From Calditrichales bacterium (GTDB lineage Bacteria > Calditrichota > Calditrichia > Calditrichales > J004): DNA of 64,000 nt. The stretch lies in the NCBI GenBank assembly GCA_965267575.1, contig OZ254086.1, forward strand, positions 4,096,001 to 4,160,000, read 5' to 3'. Below are positions 17,497-27,700 of this stretch, piece after piece. Every line of letters begins with the position of its first letter. The stretch's first letter is position 1. The notes under the pieces were generated by a model that made no database searches, was not told the DNA's origin, and saw nothing but the letters and a program-made list of their open reading frames with translations. Made by a program: the position numbers and the translations under genes.

Positions 17497-18060
17497 CTAC
17501 TTGGCCCGCTCCAGGTATTTATTCTCCCTTGTGTCTATGCGCAGAATCTCGCCTTCCTCGATAAACTGCGGCACCTGTACAATAAGCCCCGTCTCCATAG
17601 TGGCCGGTTTGTACGAAGACGTTACCGTGGCGGTTTTAAGATACGGGGTTGTTTCCACCACCTTCAGTTCAACCGTTGCCGGCAGTTCAATGCCAATAGC
17701 GCGTCCCTCATAGAAGCTTACATCACACACTTCGTTGGGTAAAAGAAAATAGTGCGAATCACCCAGCATCTCTTCGGAAATCGGTATTTGTTCAAATGTT
17801 TCCTGATCCATAAAAACGTAACTTTCGCCGTCCTTATAAAGGTATTCCATCTTGCGATTGTCCAGGTGAGCCTTTTCAACATCTTCGCCGGAACGGAAGC
17901 GTTGTTCGGCATTGGTTCCGGTCTGCAGGTTTTTCATTTTTGTCTGAACTACCGCCTGGCCTTTTCCGGGCGTAATATGCATCATTTCGGTCACGACGTG
18001 CAGTTCGTTGTTGTATAAAAGAATCATTCCTTTTCTAATTTGGTTTGCTTTGATCTTCAT
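17497..18060 (-). CDS. efp: Translation elongation factor P
   Basis: HITPGKGQAVV loop, KPATMETG, VPQFI..GE...IDTR...YLERA; SD AGGAG upstream. Confidence 0.97.
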   Translation of the reverse strand: MKIKANQIRKGMILLYNNELHVVTEMMHITPGKGQAVVQTKMKNLQTGTNAEQRFRSGEDVEKAHLDNRKMEYLYKDGESYVFMDQETFEQIPISEEMLGDSHYFLLPNEVCDVSFYEGRAIGIELPATVELKVVETTPYLKTATVTSSYKPATMETGLIVQVPQFIEEGEILRIDTRENKYLERAK

Positions 18061-18949
18061 TAAATCTCCTCTTTAACCAATTTGCATCCAGTTCAAATTC
18101 ATATTCATTTTTTAATAGTTTTACACGATTGCGATATTCTTTGGACCGAAATACCTGCAGCCATGATTTGCTTAAGGGCAACACCTGCTTCGAAACAAAC
18201 CACTCAAAAACCTTGTCATTTCTTACATCCCGCAAGCCGCCAAGTTCAACGGCCCAGGCAACAACATGCAACGGGTACTCTTTTGTGTCCCTGATAATCG
18301 CCTCTAATTTAGCCTGATCGGCAGGATTTTCATAATGGAATATTCTGGAATACAGGGCCGCATTATGATAATGATCCGGTATGTTGATAATACCTTTCAT
18401 GCCGAGCCTCCAAACAGCTATGGCAAGCAGCTCCAGGATTTTTGGAGATAGCCCGAGTCCGGGATATTGCTGGCCGGGAAGAGCGGGCCTTTCTCTCGGA
18501 AACGGTTTGCGCGGGTTTTGAAGCAAAAGCCATTCTATGATCAACGATTCCATTTTCTTGCCTTTAAGATCCGTATCGAATGGCACATCAACGCTAACGG
18601 CATCCCGCCGCACAACGATCTCCGCAAGCTTTGTATCATCGCTTTTTTTATCAAAAAAAATGCGCAGGCAGTGTTTGTACGGGTCACTGACGTCCAAATC
18701 AATCATAATATCTTTGTAGCCCTTTTTCGCCAGGGCGCTGTAAATGCCGTATTTTTTCAATACCAGTTCAAGCCCGGCTTTGGAATAGAAACCGAGAAAA
18801 AGGTTGTGCCCTCTTTTCCCTATGTTCAAATTAAAGAAATCCTCTTCGACCAGATCAATGCTGATATTCTCGCGCTGCAGCTCGTTAAAAGTCAGGCGCT
18901 GAGCTATCTTCCAGAACTTCCGGCTTACGGGAAATACGGCTTTATCCAT
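18035..18949 (-). CDS. Conserved hypothetical protein, possible GNAT-like acyltransferase
   Basis: PGQQYPGLGL followed by helix, strand and HNAALY resembles GNAT motifs A/B; overlaps both neighbouring genes. The ORF is secure, the fold call is tentative. Confidence 0.6.
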   Translation of the reverse strand: MDKAVFPVSRKFWKIAQRLTFNELQRENISIDLVEEDFFNLNIGKRGHNLFLGFYSKAGLELVLKKYGIYSALAKKGYKDIMIDLDVSDPYKHCLRIFFDKKSDDTKLAEIVVRRDAVSVDVPFDTDLKGKKMESLIIEWLLLQNPRKPFPRERPALPGQQYPGLGLSPKILELLAIAVWRLGMKGIINIPDHYHNAALYSRIFHYENPADQAKLEAIIRDTKEYPLHVVAWAVELGGLRDVRNDKVFEWFVSKQVLPLSKSWLQVFRSKEYRNRVKLLKNEYEFELDANWLKRRFNEDQSKPN

Positions 18950-19862
18950 TTTGCAACGCTTCCTTTATAAAATCAAAATAGACTTCCCAGCTGTTTGGCC
19001 CGTACCCGCCGGCCGGCAGGACGGCCATTGGAATATTATAATTGCGTGACAGGCGGTAAATAAACATGTTTCTTTCCAGCATCGCGCTGCGGCTTATCTT
19101 CATATCCGCCAGCGTATCATATTCATACGGGTCGGAACCGGCGATAAAGAAAATCAAATCCGGCTCGAAATCGCCCAAAACGTCCGGAACTTCTTTTTTT
19201 ATCAGCTCCAGGTATTTGCGGTTGCTGATTTCCGAAGGAACCAGGATATCTGTATTGGAGCGGCAATCAACGTCCACCCAGTTGTCGGCATGGATGGAAA
19301 ATGTATAAACCCTGGGATCATTTCGAAATATCAGCGCATTGCCGTTGCCCTGGTGATAATCCAGATCGATAACCAATACCCGTTTGTTCTCATCCTTTTT
19401 TTGGATTTTTTTTATGGCGATGGCCACGTCATTGATCAAACAAAAGCCTTCTGCTTTGTCCGCATGGGCATGATGAAAACCTCCGGCGAGATTAAAAACA
19501 TTCTTGCCGTGCATACAGGCATAAAAAGCCGCCAGGATTGTCCCGCCGGTCGCCGCCCGGAAATATTCCAAAATGGTATTTTCCCAGATGGAGTTGACAT
19601 TTACACGTAAGGCCTGGTTTACAAAAACAGGGTCCTGGATGTGCTTGACATATTTTTCCGTGTGTGCCAGCCGTATATCATCATAGCTGCAGGGCTCGGG
19701 ATAGAGAAAATGTTTGGGCTTTACCAGCCGTGCTTCAACCAGTTCATCGCGGATGCGCTTGAATTTCTGGACCTCAAACGCCGCGTCGGACATGGCCGAG
19801 AGACCCACCGTGTATTGCGAGGAAAAAATTACGCGCGGCTTTTTTCTTCTTAACAGAGCCAT
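18942..19862 (-). CDS. Zn-dependent histone-deacetylase-family (AcuC/AphA-like) deacylase
   Basis: GGFHHA, GFCLINDVA, IDLDYHQGNG, AGSDP, GGYG. Confidence 0.92.
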   Translation of the reverse strand: MALLRRKKPRVIFSSQYTVGLSAMSDAAFEVQKFKRIRDELVEARLVKPKHFLYPEPCSYDDIRLAHTEKYVKHIQDPVFVNQALRVNVNSIWENTILEYFRAATGGTILAAFYACMHGKNVFNLAGGFHHAHADKAEGFCLINDVAIAIKKIQKKDENKRVLVIDLDYHQGNGNALIFRNDPRVYTFSIHADNWVDVDCRSNTDILVPSEISNRKYLELIKKEVPDVLGDFEPDLIFFIAGSDPYEYDTLADMKISRSAMLERNMFIYRLSRNYNIPMAVLPAGGYGPNSWEVYFDFIKEALQNG

Positions 19863-20863
19863 CAGATGCTGATTTCTCCTGCCCAGTTCTGGAAAAACTG
19901 ATGTATCATTTGTTCCCTGGATAATCCGCTTGCCAGGATTTTCATAATTTTAACATAGGCCGCTTCGATCGTCATGTCCTTTATGCCTACGGCGCCTGCT
20001 TCGGCAACGTCATGGCCACTCTCATAAAGCGAAAGGTCCACACTGCCCTTGAGACTGTGACTGCCCACAAAAACAATCTTACCCTGTTTCCCCGCGCTTT
20101 TGATAAACTCGAGCCAGCGGTCATGTCTTTTCTCCGGAATATTGCCGGCGCCAAAGCCGATCATCAAAAAAGCTTTTGTTGCTTCCGTATCAAGCAGCGG
20201 GAAGTAAACATCGGCGCGGCCCTGCGGCAGGACCGGAATTACCTGCAGGCTGTCATCAAATGCGGGATCATAACGGTAGGCTCCGGTATGACGGAAAAGC
20301 AGTTTTTCGTCAACATGCAGGTTAAGGCCGATCTCGCCCACCATTGGATAATTGGGGGAAGTAAATGCATCGTAGCTGAAAATGCTGATCTTTTTTGCCC
20401 TGTTGGCCCGGTGTATCTGCTGCCCGAAAACAATAAGCACCTCTTCGATGGCCAGGGTGGCTGTTTCGACGGCATCAATTAAATTGAGCCTCGCGTCCGA
20501 TCGCAGGCGGGACAAAGGACGCTGCGCCCCCGTAAAGATGACCGGCTTCTTCAGATTGCGTAAAGCATAGGAAACAGCCGTGGCTGAATAAACCATTGTA
20601 TCTGTTCCATGAATAACAACAAAACCGTCATAATTTGCCATGCGCTTATCGATCATTTCCGCCAGACTGATCCAGTGCTCCAAAGCAACGTTGGAACTGT
20701 CTTCGTTAAACAGCACCTCAATATCAACATCCGCCAGCTTGATGATCTCAGGGGCATAGCGCGTTATCTGGTCCAGCAGGTTACCGGGAGCCAGCACGTC
20801 GTCCGGTTCCATGGGCTCCATTCCAAAGGTGCCGCCGGTATGAAGCAAAAGTATCTTTTTCAT
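19862..20863 (-). CDS. ansA: L-asparaginase, type I (cytoplasmic)
   Basis: HTGGTFGM, HGTDTM, TGAQRP, SDARLNL; no signal peptide. Confidence 0.9.
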   Translation of the reverse strand: MKKILLLHTGGTFGMEPMEPDDVLAPGNLLDQITRYAPEIIKLADVDIEVLFNEDSSNVALEHWISLAEMIDKRMANYDGFVVIHGTDTMVYSATAVSYALRNLKKPVIFTGAQRPLSRLRSDARLNLIDAVETATLAIEEVLIVFGQQIHRANRAKKISIFSYDAFTSPNYPMVGEIGLNLHVDEKLLFRHTGAYRYDPAFDDSLQVIPVLPQGRADVYFPLLDTEATKAFLMIGFGAGNIPEKRHDRWLEFIKSAGKQGKIVFVGSHSLKGSVDLSLYESGHDVAEAGAVGIKDMTIEAAYVKIMKILASGLSREQMIHQFFQNWAGEISI

Positions 20864-20922
20864 AAAGTATTTTATGGTTTACGTCACAGCCAAACAGCAG
20901 CCAGCCGATTACACTAATATGC

Positions 20923-20982
20923 AAAAAAAAGAGGAAATTTCCTGAACCATTTAATCCCCAAATGCCATTAGGAAGTTTCCTC
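20923..20982 (-). terminator. Imperfect hairpin followed by T8 on the minus strand
   Basis: GAGGAAACTTCCT...AGGAAATTTCCTC-TTTTTTTT. Confidence 0.45.
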
Positions 20983-20990
20983 GACGATAT

Positions 20991-21031
20991 AAAAAGAAAA
21001 GCCGCTGAATTTCAGCGGCTTTTTTGTTTTT
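20991..21031. terminator. Rho-independent terminator after ppdK, potentially bidirectional
   Basis: aaaagccgctgaa-t-ttcagcggctttt with A/T tracts on both sides. Confidence 0.85.
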
Positions 21032-21043
21032 GCTGTGCTAAAA

Positions 21044-23683
21044 TCAGGCTTGTTTCTTCAAGGCTGATTGTGCCGCAGCCAGCAAGGCAATCGGCACGCG
21101 GAACGGTGAGCAGGAGACATAGTCCATGCCAACCGAATGGCAGAATTCCACGGAATGCGGTTCACCGCCATGCTCGCCACAAATGCCGACCTTCAGTTTC
21201 GGATTTGCGTTGCGGCCCTTATCGGCTCCCATCTGAACAAGCTGCCCAACACCATTCTGATCCAGAACCTGGAACGGGTCGAAAGGCAGGATTTTGCTGT
21301 CGATATAGGCCGGCAAAAACTTACCTGCGTCATCGCGGCTGTACCCGAAGGTCATCTGTGTCAGGTCATTCGTACCAAAGGAGAAGAACTCGGCGACTTC
21401 GGCGATTTTATCAGCCGTGAGCGCGGCACGGGGTACTTCGATCATAGTGCCAACCAGGTATTTAACCTTGTGGCCTTTTTCATCAAATACCTTTTGCGCT
21501 GTTTCATTGATCACCGCTTTCTGATTGGAAAGCTCTTCGACCGTACCAACCAGCGGAACCATAATTTCCGGCAGGACCTCAACACCCTCTTTGGAGAGCT
21601 CAACGGCTGCTTCGATAATTGCCCGTGTTTGCATCTCGGTAATTTCCGGGAATGTAACACCCAGGCGGCATCCGCGGTGTCCCAGCATCGGGTTGAATTC
21701 ATCAAGAGACTCTACTTTTTGCTTAATCACATCAACCGAAACATCCAGGTCATCGGCCATTTCTTTCTGCCCTTTTTCATCATGCGGCAGAAATTCATGC
21801 AATGGCGGGTCAAGCAAACGGATCGTAACAGGCAATCCTTTCATCGCTTTAAAAATACCGATGAAGTCGCTCTTCTGGTAAGGCAGCAGCTTGTTGAGCG
21901 CTTTTTTGCGCTTATCTGCGTCATCGGAAAGGATCATTTCGCGCACGGCACGAATGCGATCGCCTTCAAAGAACATATGTTCTGTGCGGCACAGCCCGAT
22001 ACCCTCGGCGCCAAACTCACGTGCTTTCTGGGAATCACCCGGTGTATCGGCATTGGTACGTACTTTCATGTCACGGAATTTGTTAACCCAGGTCATGAAC
22101 CTTGCAAAATCACCGCTTAGCTCCGGATCAACAAGATCTCTCTGGCCTTTAATAACCTCGCCGGTAGTACCGTTTATGGAGATCCAGTCGCCTTCCTTAA
22201 TCGTAACATTGTTGGTAGAGAAAGATTTTTGTTTGTAGTTGATTACGATATCGCTGCAACCGGCAACGCAGGGTTTACCCCAGCCTCTTGCCACAACCGC
22301 CGCGTGCGACGTCATACCACCGCGCGAGGTCAGGATACCCTGGGCGGCGTCCATACCCCCCACGTCTTCAGGGCTGGTTTCGATTCGCACGAGGATTACA
22401 CGCTGGCCCGCTGCACGTTTTTCTTCAGCCTCATCGGCCGTAAAGCATACCTGGCCGACAGCGGCACCCGGAGAAGCCGGGAGACCTTTCCCGATGACAT
22501 CGTCTTTATAATCTGTTTCATTTTCGAAACGGGGGTGCAGTAATTGATCCAGGTGGTTAGGCTCAACCAGTTTGGCAACCGCTTCTTTTTCATCCACAAG
22601 ACCTTCATCCACCATATCAACGGCAATTTTTACAGCCGCAGTTCCGGTGCGTTTACCATTGCGCGTCTGCAGGATATACAACTTGCCTTCCTGAACGGTG
22701 AATTCGATGTCCTGCATATTTTTATAATGCCTCTCCAGGCGACTGGTCAGCTCAACCAATTCAGTGTGGACCGCGGGCATTTCATCGGATAAACGCTCAA
22801 TCGGTTCCGGTGTACGGATACCGGCCACAACGTCTTCGCCCTGGGCATTAACCAGGTATTCTCCATAAAGCTTGTTCTCACCGGTAGAAGGATTGCGGGT
22901 AAAGCATACGCCGGTGCCGCAATTGTCACCCATATTTCCAAATACCATAGCCTGAACGTTCACGCCGGTACCGTGCAATCCCTGAACTTTATTAATCTGA
23001 CGATATTTGATGGCACGCGGTGCATTCCACGAATTAAAAACCGCGTTAATCGAATATTCAAGCTGTTCACGCGGATCTTCGGGGAACATGTGTCCGGTCT
23101 TTTTGCGGTAAATAGCTTTATAGCGGTCAACGAGAATCTTCAGATCATCGGCCGAAAGATCGGTGTCGTTTTCAACGCCGCGCTCTTTTTTAAGCCCTTC
23201 GATTGCTTCTTCGAAATGCTCGTGACTTACGCCCATAACCACATCGCCAAACATATCAATAAAGCGGCGATAAGAGTCATAGGCAAAGCGCTCATTGCCT
23301 GTTTTCTTAACCAGTCCTTCAACAACACTGTCGTTAAGACCGAGATTCAACACGGTGTCCATCATGCCGGGCATGGAAATAGCAGCGCCCGAACGCACGG
23401 AAACCATCAGCGGATTTTCCGGATCTCCAAATTTTTCGCCCATCGCCTTTTCCACAAACTGAATGCCGCGCTCTACTTCGCCCTTAAGGCTGGACGGCCA
23501 CTTCTTGTCGTGGTCATTATAATAATGGCACCCTTCAGTGCTTATGGTAAATCCGGGCGGTACAGGTAATCCGGTAGCGCTCATTTCAGCAAGGTTAGCG
23601 CCTTTACCTCCAAGTAACTGGCGCATGGTTGCGTTACCTTCTGCCTGCCCGTTACCAAATGTATATACATATTTTTCTGCCAT
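21044..23683 (-). CDS. ppdK: Pyruvate, phosphate dikinase
   Basis: [27 protein letters not shown], phospho-His motif [33 protein letters not shown]. Confidence 0.98.
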   Translation of the reverse strand: MAEKYVYTFGNGQAEGNATMRQLLGGKGANLAEMSATGLPVPPGFTISTEGCHYYNDHDKKWPSSLKGEVERGIQFVEKAMGEKFGDPENPLMVSVRSGAAISMPGMMDTVLNLGLNDSVVEGLVKKTGNERFAYDSYRRFIDMFGDVVMGVSHEHFEEAIEGLKKERGVENDTDLSADDLKILVDRYKAIYRKKTGHMFPEDPREQLEYSINAVFNSWNAPRAIKYRQINKVQGLHGTGVNVQAMVFGNMGDNCGTGVCFTRNPSTGENKLYGEYLVNAQGEDVVAGIRTPEPIERLSDEMPAVHTELVELTSRLERHYKNMQDIEFTVQEGKLYILQTRNGKRTGTAAVKIAVDMVDEGLVDEKEAVAKLVEPNHLDQLLHPRFENETDYKDDVIGKGLPASPGAAVGQVCFTADEAEEKRAAGQRVILVRIETSPEDVGGMDAAQGILTSRGGMTSHAAVVARGWGKPCVAGCSDIVINYKQKSFSTNNVTIKEGDWISINGTTGEVIKGQRDLVDPELSGDFARFMTWVNKFRDMKVRTNADTPGDSQKAREFGAEGIGLCRTEHMFFEGDRIRAVREMILSDDADKRKKALNKLLPYQKSDFIGIFKAMKGLPVTIRLLDPPLHEFLPHDEKGQKEMADDLDVSVDVIKQKVESLDEFNPMLGHRGCRLGVTFPEITEMQTRAIIEAAVELSKEGVEVLPEIMVPLVGTVEELSNQKAVINETAQKVFDEKGHKVKYLVGTMIEVPRAALTADKIAEVAEFFSFGTNDLTQMTFGYSRDDAGKFLPAYIDSKILPFDPFQVLDQNGVGQLVQMGADKGRNANPKLKVGICGEHGGEPHSVEFCHSVGMDYVSCSPFRVPIALLAAAQSALKKQA

Positions 23684-23833
23684 CGCAGCCTCCGATCAAG
23701 GTTTTTGTCGTTAAAAAGTACGAATTTTAAAGATACGATCACCACACAACGATTTCAAGAAGAATTCACGTTTCTTGAATACATTCCCAAATAATCAATT
23801 ATTCCGCTCTGTATAGGGAAACGACGGGCTTCG

Positions 23834-23849
23834 GGTGACATTTATCACA
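23834..23849. promoter_or_regulatory. CRP/FNR- or Rex-like palindrome in the divergent ppdK / AraC intergenic region
   Basis: GGTGA-CATTTA-TCACA; one mismatch to TGTGA-N6-TCACA. Confidence 0.35.
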
Positions 23850-24024
23850 ACCGACATTGCCTGTATAAACCAACTTTGTCCACGTAAAAAGGGGTTAATT
23901 TTTTTTATTCAGCACAACCACTAAAGATAAATAAGACGTTCAGAAAGTTATTCATAGCAGGGGCGGCAAAGGGACCTTGCTTTATTCTGCTATGGTCGTT
24001 CAGGGGCAATAAAAAGGAGGCTCG

Positions 24025-24762
24025 GTGTCTGCCTTAATTATTGATTTCGACAACAGGGATGATTTAGACGATATCAACAATGTTCTCAAAAACGTAAATG
24101 GCTGGGAAATACATTACGTAGACGATTTTTCAGATCGTCTTGCAAATCTTGAATTAAAAATCAAAAACTATGAAATAGATTTCCTTATTTGCACACGCAT
24201 TTTTTCGGGCAATATATCACAGGGGCTAAATAACTTACGCAATCGTTATCCGTTGCTAACAATAATCTACTATAATGCTGTTCTCAAGGAGAATGATTTT
24301 GCGGAGCTTTACCGCGCAGGTATCAAATATTGCTTTATAGGAGATTGTCGCCAGGACCATCTAAAAAGTACGCTTCTTCGTTTGCGTGATGACCACTGGC
24401 GGCGGGTACCGGAGCACGTATACGAAACACCATACCATAAACTGCCGGCCCGCGCCAAACGGATTTTGAAATTTATTGAGACAAATCCGATTCGCAAATG
24501 CTCTGTTAATTGTCTGGCAGATCACCTGCGTATCTCCCCCAGCCACATGCGTAAAGAGTTCAAACGTCTGTTCGGGATCAATTTCCGTGAATTCAAAAAC
24601 AGGCTGTTTACGAATTATGAAGATGTATTGCTCTTTGAGAAATCACTAAAGCCCGGGGATATTTTTAAAACGCTAAACTATACAAACCTCTCGGCTTTCA
24701 GTCGTTCTTTTCGTGCCCGCCACGGGGATTCCTGGCAGGCTCTCGTTCGTCAAAAAAATTAA
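24025..24762 (+). CDS. AraC-family transcriptional regulator with a degenerate receiver-like N-terminus
   Basis: GTG start after AGGAGG; LADHLRISPSHMRKEFKRLFGINF and LNYTNLSAFSRSFR double HTH. Confidence 0.85.
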   Translation: MSALIIDFDNRDDLDDINNVLKNVNGWEIHYVDDFSDRLANLELKIKNYEIDFLICTRIFSGNISQGLNNLRNRYPLLTIIYYNAVLKENDFAELYRAGIKYCFIGDCRQDHLKSTLLRLRDDHWRRVPEHVYETPYHKLPARAKRILKFIETNPIRKCSVNCLADHLRISPSHMRKEFKRLFGINFREFKNRLFTNYEDVLLFEKSLKPGDIFKTLNYTNLSAFSRSFRARHGDSWQALVRQKN

Positions 24763-24788
24763 AAATTAAAAAAACGGTATATACGGCT

Positions 24789-27700
24789 ATGGCAACCACA
24801 AAAGATTACAACAGTCCCGGTTTTCGTCCCACCACACTTGTTGATTTATTACGTTGGCGGGCGACAACGCAGCCGGAGCAACGCGCGTTTACATTTCTGG
24901 TAGACGGCAACAAAAAGGAAGTACGCCTTACCTACGCCGATCTGGACAAAAAGGCACGTGCTTTTGCGGCCATGCTTCAGTCTAAAGGGCTTGCCGGAGA
25001 GCGCGCCCTGCTGCTCTACCCCCCGGGCATTGACTATATCATCGCTTTTTTTGGTTGTCTGTACGCGGGCGTGATTGCCGTACCGGCTTATCCGCCCGAT
25101 CCCAATCGCCTGAACCGAACGCTGCCCAGGCTGCAGGCGATCGTAAAGGATGCCCAGTCCATTGCAGCGCTGACCAACGATACGATCATGTATATGATTA
25201 AAATTCTGAAGCTGGGCAGCAAATTCAGCGATACAATGGAGCGTATGCCCGTCTTGCGCAAGTTCCGTACAACCATGAACTACTTCAGCAAGCAAACCAC
25301 GGGTATCGCTCAGGCGGACCTTGGCACACTGCTCTGGATTTCATCGGATGACGTGGTGGACAGCCTTGCCGATGCCTGGAAAGAGCCGAAGATCGGTCCG
25401 GATTCGATCGCCTTTTTACAGTATACCTCCGGCTCCACCGGCGTGCCCAAAGGTGTGATGCTGACACACGAAAACCTGCTGGTAAACTCCGCCCATATCT
25501 ATAGCGCTTTTGGCTATTCCAAAAACACGGAAGGCGTCATCTGGCTTCCTATCTATCATGATATGGGATTGATTGGTGGTGTCCTGCAGCCTATCTACGG
25601 CGGCATGCCAACTACGCTGATCTCTCCCGTCCATTTTCTGCAAAGGCCTTTGCGCTGGCTGGAAGCAATTAGCCGTATTGAGGGCAAGGAAATCGTTAGC
25701 GGCGGGCCCAATTTTGCTTATGACCTGTGCGTCAAAAAAGTAACACCGCAACACCTCGAAACGCTCGATCTGAGTAATTGGAAGGTGGCTTTCAGCGGCG
25801 CTGAACCGGTACGCCAGGAAACCATAGACCGCTTTTACAACACTTTCAAAGACAATGGCTTTAAGAAAAGCAGCTTCCTTTCCTGCTATGGACTTGCCGA
25901 AGCCACGCTGTACGTAACCGGTGTTTCCACCGATATTGATCCGCCCGAGATATTCCTTAACCGCAAAGAGCTGCAAAAAGGCAAAGCGGTGGAAGTGGAT
26001 CAGGAGCATCCGGAGGCCAAAGGTATGGTAAGCTGCGGCCATCCGCCCGAAGACCAGGTTGTGGCTATCGTTAATCCCGAAACTTTTGAGCGCGTAAAGG
26101 GCAATGACAGCGGTGAAATATGGGTGATGGGACCAAACGTGGCCAAGGGTTACTGGAATCGTGAAGATGCCACAAAGGAAACATTCCAGGCTTACATAAA
26201 AGAGACCAATGAAGGACCGTTTTTGCGCACCGGTGATCTTGGCTATATCAAAGACGGCGAATTATTTATCACCGGCCGCGTCAAAGATCTTATCATTATC
26301 CGCGGGCGCAATTACTATCCGCAGGATATTGAGTTTCTCGTTGAAAATGCTCATGAAGCGATCCGCCCCGGCTGTACGGCCGCTTTCTCCGTGGAAGAAG
26401 ACAGCGAAGAGAAACTGGTGATCGTTGCCGAATTGCGGCAGCATAAAAACCTGCCTTTTGAAGAGATCGTGGCCATGATCCGCCAGATCATTACGGAAAC
26501 TAATGATATCCGCGTGCATGCGATCGTCTTGATCAAACCGCGCACAATTTCCAAGACTTCCAGCGGCAAAATCCAGCGTCATGCGGTAAAGAATGAGTAT
26601 GAAGACGGCACCCTCAAGGTCGTGCATGACTGGAAAAGCACAGCCACCATATCCGAAGCCAGCCTGATCGAGCAGCAAGTTGAGGATGAGGAACCCGAAA
26701 AGGTTTCTGAAGCGGATTATGATCAAGACTACGATGAATCCGATGAGGACGACCTGCCTGCCAGCAAAGGCGAGACGGCCATGGAAGTGGAGCGCTGGCT
26801 TATTGCGCACTTGGCCGAAGCACTCGCAGTAGACAAAAAGGAAATCGATATTCGCAAACCTTTCGTCAGCTATGGTTTGGATTCGGCTCAGGCCATTGGT
26901 TTGGTTGGCGACCTGGAAGAGCACATCGGCCGGCCGCTCAGCCCGACAATCATTTGGGATTACCCCAACATTGAAAAATTGTCTCTTTACATTGAAGGCG
27001 AAGGACGTATTCGTCCCGTTAAGAGAAGAACAAAGACCGCGGCGTCAGACAACGAACCGATTGCCATTATCGGCTACAGCCTGCGCATGCCCCAGGCCCG
27101 CAATGCAGAAGAATTCTGGCAAAACCTGGTGGACGGGAAAGATTGCATCAGCGAAGTGCCGCCAACGCGCTGGAATGCCGACGATTTTTATGATCCCAAT
27201 CCCGGAACGCCTGCAAAAATGATTACACGCTGGGGCGGATTCCTCGATGACGTGGACCAGTTTGACCCGCAATTCTTTGGCATTTCGCCGCGTGAAGCGC
27301 CACATATGGACCCGCAGCAGCGCATGTTGCTGGAAGTCTCCTTTGAGGCGTTGGAAAACGCCGGCCTCAACATGCAGGGCGTGTCCGGCAGCAACACCGG
27401 TGTATTTATCGCCATCAGCGGCAACGACTACCTGCGTTTGCAAATAGGCGACTTCAAAAAGCTGGACGCTTATTCCGGCACGGGCAACGCCTTTAGCATT
27501 GCCGCCAACCGTCTTTCGTACATATATGATTTCAAAGGCCCCAGTTTCATCGTTGACACAGCCTGTTCATCATCGTTAGTGGCGGTGCATAATGCGGTTA
27601 CCAGTCTGCGTCGCGGTGAATGCGAGATGGCGCTGGCCGGTGGGGTGAACCTTATCCTTGCGCCGGACGTGACCATTACCTTTTCACAAGCGCGGATGAT

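Noticed and set aside
23950..24000. c-di-GMP riboswitch suggested by GGCAAA in the leader hairpin
   Set aside because: The second stem and remaining consensus are not evident; an Rfam search would be needed.
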